A DNA stretch of 64,000 nt from contig JANLWW010000032.1 in the NCBI GenBank assembly GCA_031364805.1, positions 30,372-94,371 on the forward strand, read 5' to 3'. The position numbers were made by a program, and so were the translations under genes. A model generated the notes under the pieces. The model made no database searches. It had not been told where the DNA came from and saw only the letters and a program-made list of their open reading frames with translations. This document shows positions 8,489 through 19,568 of this stretch, piece by piece. The first letter of the stretch is position 1. Each line of letters opens with the position of its first letter. Origin of the DNA: Acidobacteriota bacterium (GTDB lineage: Bacteria; Acidobacteriota; Vicinamibacteria; Vicinamibacterales; UBA2999).

Positions 8489-10834
8489 TCAACGGGTCCG
8501 CTTCGTCGTTCGATGCGTCGGTGTGGCTGTCCACGGATCATCTGGCCATGGATGACGTGGATAGCGTCCGCGTAACTCCTTGCGAACTTCTTGATACGTC
8601 GTGGCCCAGAAACTCATCAGATCCTGCGTCGTCTGCACCGGCCTCGCGTTGGGCGCGAGCAGGTGGAACGTGACCGGCGTTTTCCTGGGCCCGAGCTTAG
8701 GCGTCTCGGCGAGACCGAACAGTTCTTGCAGCTTCACCGCGACCGACACCGTGCCGTCAGTGGCATATTCGAGTTGCATCGATCGGCCACTGGGCACGGT
8801 CAGCGTTTCGGGGGCGTCGCGATCGATGGCCTGCTTGATCGCCCACGGCACGTGCGCGGCCACGTCGAGACTCTTGAAGCCTTTCGCTCCGGCGGCTGCG
8901 AGGGCCGCCAGCGCAGGCAGGTCCAGCGTGTGACCCGCGAAGGCGGCGCGCCGCACCAGGCGCTCGGTGCCGGTGTCACGTTCGCGATCGATCCACGCCT
9001 GGGCCAGCATCGGCGACGCGATTTCTGGATCAACCGGCACCAGGCGCTCGCGCAACACCAGGGCGTCGTACCAGTCGGTTGCGTGCGCGCGGACGATGCC
9101 GGTCGCCTCGTCCAGGCTGTGGACGATCTCGCTTCGAGTGGCCGTCAACCACTCCGGCTCAACCCGGCACGCCGATCGGACCATCGCCTCGGTGGCATTT
9201 GTCGGGTCCGGCTTTAGCCGGATCACTCCAGAGCTGACATCGAGCGCCACCAACCACTCGCCTTCCCGCACGCCACTCTCGCGCCCCATGACACCGCCAT
9301 GGCCAGTCGCCAGCGTGACGCGATCCGCACTACGCCTCCTGGCCACGCGGTCTGGATACCCTGCGAAGACCGCTCGCCTGAATGCCGTCTCGTCGATGTG
9401 CCTGGCCTTGCGCGGGCCCAGCACGGCTTCGGCGTTTCGCTCCAGGTTCTCGGCGATGCGTTTCAAGTGGAAGGGCATGCGGGTCCAGCTATCGAGAATC
9501 GGCAACAGGTCGCACGATGTGGTTTGGTGGCCGCCTTCCGTACGGCCCGGCTCCGAGAGCCACGCGCAGGCTGCGGCGGCTTCGAACGAGCCCAGGCCAT
9601 CAACAAGAATCCGGGCGAGTCGGGGGTGCAAGGGCAGCCGTCGCAGCAATTGCGCCTGGGCGGTGGCCCGACCGCCAGTGACCAGCCCAAGCCGTTCGAG
9701 CAGCGTAATGGCGACGGCCAGACGATCGTCGGACGGCCGCTCGAACCAGTCGAACGTGGCCGGATCACCGCCCCATCCCAGGATTGAAAGCACCGGCTGC
9801 GCCAGGTCAATGCGCTGCACCTCCGGCTCGCGGTGAGGCCGCAGGCGATCACGCTGATCCCACAGCCGACGCACGGTGCCGGGGCCGAGGCGCGCGGCGC
9901 GGCCGGCGCGTTGATCCGCGGCATCCATGGTGATGCGTTCAAGCGTGAGGCTGTCCACGCCACGCTCGCCGTTGTAGCGCGCGACCTTGTGCTGGCCGCT
10001 GTCGATCACGATCGACACGCCGGGAACCGTCAGCGAGGTTTCGGCGATGTTGGTGGCCAGGATTACGCGGCGGCGCGGGGACGGGCCGAGGGCCGCGTCT
10101 TGTGCGTCGGAATCCATCGAGCCGTACAGCTGCAGCACCTCCACGCGGTGGCGGGTTGCGACGGACTCTGTCTCGCGAGCGGCTCGCGCAATCTCGCCGG
10201 CGCCTGGCAGGAAGCACAACGCGCTACCGGGCGAAGTGGGCAACACCTCGTCCAGCGCGTCAGCTATCGTCTGGCCAGGCCCGTAGGTGATCGACAGCGG
10301 ATGCAGCGTACCCGGCACGTCGATGACGGGGCAGCCGCCCAGGAAGCGCGAGACCGGCGCGGTGTCGAGCGTGGCCGACATGACCAGGATCCGCAGTTCG
10401 GGCCGCGCCAGCCACGCCTGCCGCGCCAGCGCGAGACCCAGGTCGGCGTGAATGCTGCGCTCATGGAATTCGTCCACGATCAGCGTCGTGAAACCTTCCA
10501 GCAAAGGATCGTCCTGGAGGTAGGCGGTGAGAATGCCCTCGGTGACGACGAGCAGCCGCGTCTCGGCGGACGCCTTCTTCTCGAAGCGGATGTGCCATCC
10601 CACTTCTCGCCCCAGCGTCCAGCTGCGTTCGTCGGCAATCCGGCGCGCCATGGCCCTGGCCGCCACCCGGCGCGGTTGCAGCAGCAACACCCGGCCTTGA
10701 TCCACGAGCGCTGGTGGCACGCGCGTCGTCTTGCCTGCGCCAGGCGCCGCCGTGAGCACCGCGGCACGATGGCGATCCAACGCCTCGCGAATGGGGTCGA
10801 TGAACGCATCGACGGGGAGCGCGATCGGCAGCAC
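8489..10834 (-). CDS. hrpB: ATP-dependent DEAH-box helicase HrpB
   Basis: APGAGKTT, DEFHER, MSAT, TNIAETSLT, QRAGRAAR, C-terminal RGRYPRHPWP. Confidence 0.95.
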   Translation of the reverse strand: MLPIALPVDAFIDPIREALDRHRAAVLTAAPGAGKTTRVPPALVDQGRVLLLQPRRVAARAMARRIADERSWTLGREVGWHIRFEKKASAETRLLVVTEGILTAYLQDDPLLEGFTTLIVDEFHERSIHADLGLALARQAWLARPELRILVMSATLDTAPVSRFLGGCPVIDVPGTLHPLSITYGPGQTIADALDEVLPTSPGSALCFLPGAGEIARAARETESVATRHRVEVLQLYGSMDSDAQDAALGPSPRRRVILATNIAETSLTVPGVSIVIDSGQHKVARYNGERGVDSLTLERITMDAADQRAGRAARLGPGTVRRLWDQRDRLRPHREPEVQRIDLAQPVLSILGWGGDPATFDWFERPSDDRLAVAITLLERLGLVTGGRATAQAQLLRRLPLHPRLARILVDGLGSFEAAAACAWLSEPGRTEGGHQTTSCDLLPILDSWTRMPFHLKRIAENLERNAEAVLGPRKARHIDETAFRRAVFAGYPDRVARRRSADRVTLATGHGGVMGRESGVREGEWLVALDVSSGVIRLKPDPTNATEAMVRSACRVEPEWLTATRSEIVHSLDEATGIVRAHATDWYDALVLRERLVPVDPEIASPMLAQAWIDRERDTGTERLVRRAAFAGHTLDLPALAALAAAGAKGFKSLDVAAHVPWAIKQAIDRDAPETLTVPSGRSMQLEYATDGTVSVAVKLQELFGLAETPKLGPRKTPVTFHLLAPNARPVQTTQDLMSFWATTYQEVRKELRGRYPRHPWPDDPWTATPTHRTTKRTR
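9201..9224 (+). repeat. REP-like palindrome embedded in-frame in hrpB
   Basis: GTCGGG-TCCGGCT-TT-AGCCGGA-TC; similar to the intergenic copy at 50640-50662. Confidence 0.65.
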
Positions 10835-10854
10835 GTCCCATATGATGGCAGACC

Positions 10855-12552
10855 ATGAGCCCGCGCCTGAGCACTCTGAGAACTTTGATCGGCGTAATCT
10901 GTGTCATCTGCGGCCCTGGCTTGGCGTCTGCGCAATCGGCGGCCCCGGCCCCGCGTCGCGAACCGCCATCAACACTGAGGGCGCCGACGCGACTCGATGT
11001 CCTGCGTGGTGAGTACGGACGCTACCGTGCGAATAACGACCTGCTCCATTACGAGTTGGAGGTTCGCATCGATCCCGACCAGCGCTCGATCAGCGGCAAG
11101 AACACCATCCGTTTCAAGATGCTCAAGGACGACACGCGCATCCAGTTGGAGCTTTACGCCAACTTGGGAATCGACAAAATCCTGCTGGCTGGCACGACGC
11201 TCAAGTACGAGCGGGATCACAACACGGTGTACGTCGACTTCCCGGAGACCCTGCGTGCCGGCCGCACTTACGCCATCGACTTTCACTACACCGGATTGCC
11301 GCAGGAACAGGGCCGCTTTGGCGGCTTGGCCTTCCGTAAAGACCCGGCCGGCCGCCACTGGGTGAATACCGCGAACGAAGGCGAAGGCTCGAGCGTGTGG
11401 TGGCCGAGCAAGGATCAGTGGCGCGACGAGCCCGAGGGCGCCGACATCCGCGTCGCGGTGCCCAACGGCTTGATGAATGTCTCGAACGGAAAGTTCATGG
11501 GCAAGACCGATCTCGGCGACGGCTACTCCCGCTGGGACTGGCGTGTGCACTACCCGATCAACTCGTATAACGTGTCGCTGAACATCGGCGAGTACGTGCA
11601 GTTTTCCGAGCAGCTGGGCGAACTGTCGATGGATTACTTCGTCCTGCCCGGCAGCCTCGAGAAGGCGAAGAAGCAGTTCGCGCAGGCCAGGCCGATGATG
11701 GAGGCGTTCGAGAAGTATGTCGGCAAGTACCCGTTTCCTAAGGACGGCTACAAGCTGATTGAGGTGCCCTACTCAGGGATGGAGCACCAGAGCGCAGTCA
11801 CCTATGGCAATCGCTTCGCCAACGGCTATCTGGAACGCGACTGGACGGAAGTCGGCGTCAGCCTCAAGTTCGATTTCATCATCATCCACGAGAGCGGTCA
11901 CGAGTGGTTCGGCAACGCCGTGTCCGCGGCCGATGTCTCGGACATGTGGATCCAGGAAGGCTGGACGACGTATCTCGAAGGCGTCTACGTCGAGGCACTG
12001 TTCGGCAACGACGATGCGCAGAAGTACGTGAATGGCTACAAGAAAAAAGTGGGAAACCGGGAGCCGATCATCACGCAACGCGGCATTCACCGCACCCCGA
12101 ACCAGGACATGTACTTCAAGGGCGCGCTGTTCCTCCACACCTTGCGGAGCGTCGTCAACGACGATCAGAAGTGGTGGAACCTGGTGCGCGCGACGTTCGA
12201 GCACTTCAAGTACCAGAACATCATGACGGAAGACATGGTGCGGTTCTTCAACACCGAGTTGAAGCAGGACCTGACGCCGATATTCGATCAGTATCTTCGC
12301 CACGCGAACCTGCCGACGCTCGAGCTGACCTTCGACGAGAAGGTTGGCACAGTGTCGTACCGCTGGAACGCCGACGAGCGCGCGTTCGCCATGCCAATCA
12401 AGGTGGGCGCCAAGGGCGTCTGGCAGGTGATTCAGCCGACCGCGGACTGGAAGACCATGCCCAACGCCGATGGCAGGGCGCTGTCGGTGGCCACCGACCT
12501 TTACTACGTCAATGTCACCATTCTCGATGCCGACGGCCGTCCGATTAAATAG
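10855..12552 (+). CDS. M1 family aminopeptidase, secreted
   Basis: SGMEHQ (GxMEN-like), HESGHEWFGN...QEG zinc-binding motif. Confidence 0.92.
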   Translation: MSPRLSTLRTLIGVICVICGPGLASAQSAAPAPRREPPSTLRAPTRLDVLRGEYGRYRANNDLLHYELEVRIDPDQRSISGKNTIRFKMLKDDTRIQLELYANLGIDKILLAGTTLKYERDHNTVYVDFPETLRAGRTYAIDFHYTGLPQEQGRFGGLAFRKDPAGRHWVNTANEGEGSSVWWPSKDQWRDEPEGADIRVAVPNGLMNVSNGKFMGKTDLGDGYSRWDWRVHYPINSYNVSLNIGEYVQFSEQLGELSMDYFVLPGSLEKAKKQFAQARPMMEAFEKYVGKYPFPKDGYKLIEVPYSGMEHQSAVTYGNRFANGYLERDWTEVGVSLKFDFIIIHESGHEWFGNAVSAADVSDMWIQEGWTTYLEGVYVEALFGNDDAQKYVNGYKKKVGNREPIITQRGIHRTPNQDMYFKGALFLHTLRSVVNDDQKWWNLVRATFEHFKYQNIMTEDMVRFFNTELKQDLTPIFDQYLRHANLPTLELTFDEKVGTVSYRWNADERAFAMPIKVGAKGVWQVIQPTADWKTMPNADGRALSVATDLYYVNVTILDADGRPIK

Positions 12553-12584
12553 CCATCAGGGCCACAGATGACGCAGACACCGCC

Positions 12585-12741
12585 TGGTTTGACGAGGGCC
12601 CCAATAACTTCCATACCTCAGCGGGCAGTTACCGCACCTACGCCGAGTTGTTGCGCGGTGAAGGCTTCGAGGTGCGACCCTTGCGGGGTGCGGTCTCGCA
12701 GGATGCGCCCTCGGATGCGGTAGGCCGCTTGGTCAACGCTG
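12585..12741 (+). pseudogene. Gene remnant resembling the DEAH.NFHT...GRY..FA.LL..DG segment of DUF4350/GATase-like proteins
   Basis: Manual translation WFDEGPNNFHTSAGSYRTYAELLRGEGFEV; no upstream in-frame start (TAA at 12546); runs into vapC. Confidence 0.45.
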
Positions 12742-13167
12742 GTCTGCCGGCAGCACGATTCGATCCATTCCAGGAATGCGGTCGAAGTCGCGGTCGAATG
12801 TCAGCAGCGTGCCTCCACAATCGAGTGTGGCCGATGCGATCCAGATGTCGTTGACCGGAACCGGTGTCCCATTGCGCCTCAGCGCGGCAAATACCCGCCC
12901 GTAGTGTCGCGCGACCGATGGTGTGGTGTCGATTGCATCGACGAACGATTCGGCGAGAAAGTCTTCCAGTCCCCGGCGATTTTCACGGGCGCGGTTACCC
13001 AGTTCAAATGCCGCTTCCAGTTCCCCAAGCACGGTGATCGGCATCAGCACGCGTTCAGCGCGCGCGAGGGCATCGAGCACGTCGGGGTGGCCGCGTCGAA
13101 AGTGTGAATAGGCAGAGGTGTCGAGGACCAGCCGGCTGACGCGTTCAACGCCAGAGGTCGGCATCAA
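12733..13167 (-). CDS. vapC: PIN-domain VapC toxin
   Basis: LVLDTSAY, VLGELE, VNDIWIA, LLTFDRDF acidic PIN residues. Confidence 0.92.
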   Translation of the reverse strand: MMPTSGVERVSRLVLDTSAYSHFRRGHPDVLDALARAERVLMPITVLGELEAAFELGNRARENRRGLEDFLAESFVDAIDTTPSVARHYGRVFAALRRNGTPVPVNDIWIASATLDCGGTLLTFDRDFDRIPGMDRIVLPADQR

Positions 13168-13387
13168 TCACCCGCTGACTGGACAGGGCCTGGTCAAACG
13201 CCGTGGCGTCGTCTTCGGACCAGGTCGCATAGCGCTGCAGTCGGGTGCGCCGCGCCTCGACGCCCACGCTGTCGGTGAGGATGCCGACGACGACAGCATT
13301 CAGACTTTCACCGCGCTCACGGCTGAGGCGGTCGAGCCGTTTACCGACCTCGGCCGGCACGTTCCTGACGGTGAGTTGCCGTGTCAT
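13145..13387 (-). CDS. FitA-like ribbon-helix-helix antitoxin
   Basis: QLTVRNVP..V...L...S...GESLN; overlaps the vapC start. Confidence 0.85.
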   Translation of the reverse strand: MTRQLTVRNVPAEVGKRLDRLSRERGESLNAVVVGILTDSVGVEARRTRLQRYATWSEDDATAFDQALSSQRVIDADLWR

Positions 13388-13420
13388 GCATGCATGATAT
13401 CAGAAACTTGCCTGCATGCA
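13384..13420 (-). promoter_or_regulatory. Toxin-antitoxin promoter/operator
   Basis: Extended -10 TG-n-TATCAT 6 nt before the ATG; palindromes TCATGCATGCATGA (13384-13397) and TGCATGCA (13413-13420). Confidence 0.6.
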
Positions 13421-13535
13421 TTCGAAGCCGGACTGCTTGTGCGGCCCAATCGATCTTCTTGTGCGCCTCGCGATGCGGTCCCGGTCGAGGTCGCCATCTT
13501 TCCAGTCTCGTCCCTGAGGGTGGTAACCTGACGGA

Positions 13536-15294
<1,759 letters not shown>

Positions 15295-15298
15295 CGAA

Positions 15299-15853
15299 TC
15301 AGGGCCTGGGGGCCGGGACGATCTGAATCACCGTTGGGAATCGGGCGGGCTCCGCGCCAGGCTTGGGATTTGGGAAGCCCGCGGATCCCCCGTAGGTGAA
15401 GTCCTTGATCGTCAGGCTCGGCGCGAATGCCATTGATTCGTCGCGATAGCGGCCGGTTTCGAACTGGTGCGTGGGCGGCGCCTCGAACAGTTCGTCGCCT
15501 TTCTGCTTCAACAGGGTCTTGTAATACGTCACCAGCTCTGCATATGGCACGCTGACCCCGAACAAATAGAAACGCTGGCCCCGGCCGGCATCGTACGAAG
15601 TCAGGTAAACCGCCGACGGATAGAGCGGTGCACCGAGCATGGCTTCGGTGGGAATCGTGGGATCAGCAGGCGTCGCTGGTGTTGCCGGCGTCGCAGGAGC
15701 GGCCGGGGCAGGCGGCGCGACAGGCTTGCTCGACGGCGGTGCGGCCGGCTTCTGTGTCGCCGGCGTCGACGGGCGCGGGAACGGCTGCGGCGTCTGCGCC
15801 AGGGTGGCTGCAGCCGCCAAAATGATCATGGAGACAACAACACTGTGCAGCAC
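15299..15853 (-). CDS. Secreted hypothetical protein with Pro/Ala-rich linker
   Basis: Hydrophobic signal, PAAPATPATP linker, folded C-terminal domain; TATAAT 6 nt upstream of GTG 15853. Confidence 0.7.
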   Translation of the reverse strand: MLHSVVVSMIILAAAATLAQTPQPFPRPSTPATQKPAAPPSSKPVAPPAPAAPATPATPATPADPTIPTEAMLGAPLYPSAVYLTSYDAGRGQRFYLFGVSVPYAELVTYYKTLLKQKGDELFEAPPTHQFETGRYRDESMAFAPSLTIKDFTYGGSAGFPNPKPGAEPARFPTVIQIVPAPRP

Positions 15854-15868
15854 GAAACTATTATAGGT

Positions 15869-15887
15869 CCCCAAGCCCCCAAGCCCC
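15869..15887 (+). repeat. CCCCAAGC x2 octamer repeat (family also at 32792 and 42822)
   Basis: Direct reading. Confidence 0.6.
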
Positions 15888-17042
15888 ATGCCTAACTACC
15901 TCAAGTATTGCCGCAGCCAAGAGGACTGGTTGCTCGAGTTCATCGAAGCCCTGGTCGCCAGCGAATCCCCGAGCGACGATCCGGCGGCGGTGAACCGCTG
16001 TGGTGCGCAGTTGGCGTCGCGACTCGAAGCACTCGGCGGTGCGGTCACGCGTGTCTCGTCGTCAACCGCCGGCGATCACCTGCGCGTGGGTTTCGGCCGG
16101 GGCACGCGACAGATCCTGATGCTTGGCCACTTCGACACGGTCTGGCCGGTTGGGCAACTAAAGACGATGCCGCTCAAGCGCGAAGCGGGGCGGCTTTACG
16201 GGCCGGGAGTGTTCGACATGAAGGCCGGTATCGGCCTGGCCACGCTGGCCACTCGCGCGTTGCTCGATGCCCGCGCGCTCGAGGCCTGCCAGGTGGTGAT
16301 GCTGTGGACAACCGACGAGGAGATTGGCAGCAAGACCTCGCGCGCCTTGATTGAAGCCGAGGCGCACCGAAGCGCTGCCGTGCTGGTGTTCGAGCCGTCG
16401 CTACCGGGTGGCGGACTCAAGACCAGTCGCAAAGGCGTGGGCCAGTTCGAGATGACGGTTCGCGGCGTGTCGGCGCACGCCGGCCTCGATCCCGGAAAGG
16501 GCATCAGCGCGGTGCGCGAGCTGGCGCGCCAGATCATCGCGATCGATGACCTGCAGGACCCCGCGCGAGGTGTCACCGTCACGGTCGGCGTGATCGAGGG
16601 CGGCACCCGTGCGAACGTGGTGCCGGCCGAGGCGCGCGCCATCATCGATGCCCGCGCGGTCACTCGTGCCGACGCCGAGCGCGTGGAGCGGATCATGCGA
16701 GCCCTCACCCCATACATCGCCGGTGCCCAGGTCACGGTGACCGGTGGTTTCGATCGCCCACCCCTCGAGCGAACGGCGGAGGTCGTCCGGTTGTTCGAGA
16801 TGGCGAAAGCTGTCGCGAATGATCTGGGACTGACCCTGGAAGAAGGCAGCGCCGGTGGTGGCTCGGACGGCAACTTCACCGCGGCGATGGGCGTGCCGAC
16901 GCTCGATGGCTTCGGTGCGGTCGGCGACGGAGCGCATGCGCTTCACGAGCACGTCGAGATCAGCGCGCTCGCGCCAAAGGCGGCCGTCATCGCTGGTCTG
17001 CTGGCGCGTCTCGCCGCAGATAAGACACAGCCAACCGATTAG
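15888..17042 (+). CDS. M20 family peptidase (carboxypeptidase G2-like)
   Basis: LGHFDTVW, GPGVFDMKAG, DEEIGS, GGGSDGN, GAH..HE. Confidence 0.92.
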   Translation: MPNYLKYCRSQEDWLLEFIEALVASESPSDDPAAVNRCGAQLASRLEALGGAVTRVSSSTAGDHLRVGFGRGTRQILMLGHFDTVWPVGQLKTMPLKREAGRLYGPGVFDMKAGIGLATLATRALLDARALEACQVVMLWTTDEEIGSKTSRALIEAEAHRSAAVLVFEPSLPGGGLKTSRKGVGQFEMTVRGVSAHAGLDPGKGISAVRELARQIIAIDDLQDPARGVTVTVGVIEGGTRANVVPAEARAIIDARAVTRADAERVERIMRALTPYIAGAQVTVTGGFDRPPLERTAEVVRLFEMAKAVANDLGLTLEEGSAGGGSDGNFTAAMGVPTLDGFGAVGDGAHALHEHVEISALAPKAAVIAGLLARLAADKTQPTD

Positions 17043-17094
17043 ACGCAGATTGGACACCGACCAGTAACAGGGCAGCCGCTGTTGGCCACAGTGC

Positions 17095-18297
17095 TCACGT
17101 CAGGCCGGTCACCGGTAGCTCGGCAAGTCCCCGCAGCATGAGCCTGCGCCAGCGCAGCGACTGCGCGGGTTGGGCGAGGCGGAGGCCGGGAAAACGCGCG
17201 AACAGGGTGGTGAGGGCGATCTGCGCTTCCATACGGGCCAGGCTCGCGCCCAGGCAGAAGTGCCGGCCCCGGCCGAATGCCAGGTGCGGGTTCGGATCGC
17301 GAGCGAGGTCGAGCGTCTCGGGGTCCTTGAATACGGACTTGTCGTGGTTGGCCGAACCCAGGACCCCGATCGCCAACTCTCCCCGCGGGATGGTCACTGA
17401 CGCGAGGGTCACGTTCTCGCGAGAGATGCGCGGAGTCGTCATCTCCACCGGGCTCGTGTAGCGAAGCAGTTCCTCGATGGCGGAGTTGGTTAGGCCCGGT
17501 TCGCTCACGAGCCGGGCGCGCTGGTCCGGGCGCTCGAGGAGTGCGAGGGCGGCACTGCCGATTAGGTGCTGCGTGGTCTCGTACCCGGCGAGGAGCAGGA
17601 GGATGGCCATGCCGAGCAGCTCGTCTTCGTCGAGGCGGTCGCCCGCCTCCTCGGCCTGCACGAGTGCCGAGAGCAGGTCGTCGCCGGGGCGGGCCCGGCG
17701 CTGCGCGAACAGCCTCCGGAAGTAGCGTGTGAGCAACCACAGGTAGGGGAGCGCGCTCGGGAGGTCGAGGACTCGGGAGAGCGAGATGATCGGGATGGTG
17801 CCCTGGACCAGGGTGTGGAAGCGACGACGGTCCGGCGTCGGAATTCCGAGCAGCTCGGAAATAACGGTGAGCGGTATGGGAAGGGCGTAGCCGCCGACCA
17901 GGTCGAATGACCTCGTTCGCGGTGCGGCCTCGAGCAGTTCGTCGCACACGGCCTGGATGCGGTCGCGGAGCCGCTCGACCCTTCGGGGTGTGAAGGCCTG
18001 GCCAACCAGCTTCCGAAGCCGGCCGTGGTTCGGAGGGTCTTGGCTCAGCATGTGGCGGGTCATGGGCGCGATGGCGAAGCCCGGCAGCCAGGGCAGCTTG
18101 GGCAGAACGTCCCTTGAAAACCGCTCGTCGGCGGCCACGGTGATCACGTCTTCGTAGCGCGTGACGATCCAGGCCCGTCCGACAAAGGGCACGGACACCG
18201 GGAAGACGGGATTTTCCGCGCGCATGCGCGCGTAAAAGGGATAGGGGTTGGCCTTGAACCGCGGGTCGGCTAGAGCGGACCACTTGATTGGATCCAT
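17095..18297 (-). CDS. Cytochrome P450 (CYP107/BioI-like)
   Basis: AGYETT I-helix, EELLR, FGRGRHFCLG heme motif. Confidence 0.95.
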   Translation of the reverse strand: MDPIKWSALADPRFKANPYPFYARMRAENPVFPVSVPFVGRAWIVTRYEDVITVAADERFSRDVLPKLPWLPGFAIAPMTRHMLSQDPPNHGRLRKLVGQAFTPRRVERLRDRIQAVCDELLEAAPRTRSFDLVGGYALPIPLTVISELLGIPTPDRRRFHTLVQGTIPIISLSRVLDLPSALPYLWLLTRYFRRLFAQRRARPGDDLLSALVQAEEAGDRLDEDELLGMAILLLLAGYETTQHLIGSAALALLERPDQRARLVSEPGLTNSAIEELLRYTSPVEMTTPRISRENVTLASVTIPRGELAIGVLGSANHDKSVFKDPETLDLARDPNPHLAFGRGRHFCLGASLARMEAQIALTTLFARFPGLRLAQPAQSLRWRRLMLRGLAELPVTGLT

Positions 18298-18302
18298 CTT
18301 TT

Positions 18303-18577
18303 CTACTCTCGCACCATCTGGATGTCACGGGTGACTCGCCAGACGCCGCGAGCGTCGCGCGTGACAGGGCGAGTCAAAACGCAATCCGGGACTTGCACGG
18401 CCCATTCTTGAACGCATCTGGGTCCAGTAGCGGAATGCCGAACTTCCGCCGCCCCATCACGATAGGGTCATCCTCGAACTGCAGGGACAGTAGCAGGGGC
18501 TTATAGCGTGGCGCCTTCACTACGCAGTGCACGTGTGCAGGTCCGTTGTTGTAGGTGCCAGGACGAATCGACTCATA
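18303..18577 (-). pseudogene. 5'-truncated, frameshifted intradiol ring-cleavage dioxygenase-like fragment
   Basis: YESIRPGTY...PAHVH.VV.A..Y.....LQFEDDP; frame shifts near 18390 into PDCVLTRPVTRDARGVWRVTRDIQMVRE*; no start codon. Confidence 0.6.
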
Positions 18578-19561
18578 TCACACAGATGAGGAACGCATGA
18601 CAGACGACTTGCGTTTACCCAGGTAGCGCGCTCTCATCATCGCCACTACTTCGTCGACCTGCTTCGTGTAGTCCTTGCGTGCGTACTTTCCGGCATAGAG
18701 ATGTTCATACCTGTCCACCAGGTGCGGATACTCGCGCGCCAGCAAACCCATGAAGTGATCGCGGGTGCCGCCGTCCAGGTGCATCACCATGGCGCCCACC
18801 GAGCGTGCGCCAGAATCGGCAATTGCCTTGATGGTGCGCTCGATCTTCGACGGCTGCGTCGAGAAGCCGGGAACGATCGGCGCCATCAGCACGCCGCAAT
18901 CGAGGCCCGCGTCAACGAGCTGGCGCACCGCGCGCAGCCGCTGCATGGGGTGGGCCACTCCCGGCTCCAGTTGCTCCCATGCTTCTTCATCCACCGTGGG
19001 CACGCTGATGTGAATACGGCACGAGGTCCGCTTCGACAGGTCCTGCAGCACGTCGATGTCGCGCACGATCATCGGCCCCTTGGTGACGATGCCGACCGGC
19101 GAAGCAGCGTCACGAAGCGCTTCGAGCACGCCGCGCGAAAGCTTGTAGGTGCCCTCGATGGGCTGGTAGGGATCGGTCGCGGTGCCGAAGCCGATGGTCT
19201 CTTTCACCCACGACGGTTTGTCCAACTCGCGCCGCAACACCTCGACGAAGTTGGTCTTGACGAAAATGACGGAGGCGAAGTGATCGCCGGCATTCAATTC
19301 GAGTTGGGTTTGGTATCGGCGCGCGAAGCAGTAGTGGCAGCCGTGCGTGCAGCCGCGGTAGGGGTTGAGCGTCCACTTGAAGAACGGCATGCCCTTCACC
19401 TTGTTGAGGGCAGAGCGGCAGCGAATTTCCTGGTAGGTCGCGGCATCACCGCGCCGCCGGGCGTCTGGCAGGGCAGCGAGGCCGCCGTCCTTGACGAGAT
19501 TAGCGATATCGCGCGTGGTCGGGGACCGGCCCAAGTCGAACAGCAGCGGAAAGGTCGCCAT
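18578..19561 (-). CDS. Rv2578c/SplB-like radical SAM protein
   Basis: LNPYRGCTHGCHYCFAR (CxxxCxxC), GTATDPYQPIE; likely leaderless start at ATG 19561. Confidence 0.9.
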   Translation of the reverse strand: MATFPLLFDLGRSPTTRDIANLVKDGGLAALPDARRRGDAATYQEIRCRSALNKVKGMPFFKWTLNPYRGCTHGCHYCFARRYQTQLELNAGDHFASVIFVKTNFVEVLRRELDKPSWVKETIGFGTATDPYQPIEGTYKLSRGVLEALRDAASPVGIVTKGPMIVRDIDVLQDLSKRTSCRIHISVPTVDEEAWEQLEPGVAHPMQRLRAVRQLVDAGLDCGVLMAPIVPGFSTQPSKIERTIKAIADSGARSVGAMVMHLDGGTRDHFMGLLAREYPHLVDRYEHLYAGKYARKDYTKQVDEVVAMMRARYLGKRKSSVMRSSSV

Positions 19562-19568
19562 TGCGACC

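Noticed and set aside
13421-13535. Possible gene remnant (VTTLRDETGKMATSTGTASR, minus strand)
   Set aside because: Too short to assign by eye.
17039-18328. 429-aa ORF overlapping the P450 on the same strand
   Set aside because: Arg/Pro-rich alternative frame with no motifs.
18575-18580. TGA readthrough or selenocysteine fusing radical SAM to the dioxygenase fragment
   Set aside because: The downstream frame is truncated and frameshifted, and no SECIS-like hairpin is evident; the in-frame junction is plausibly chance.
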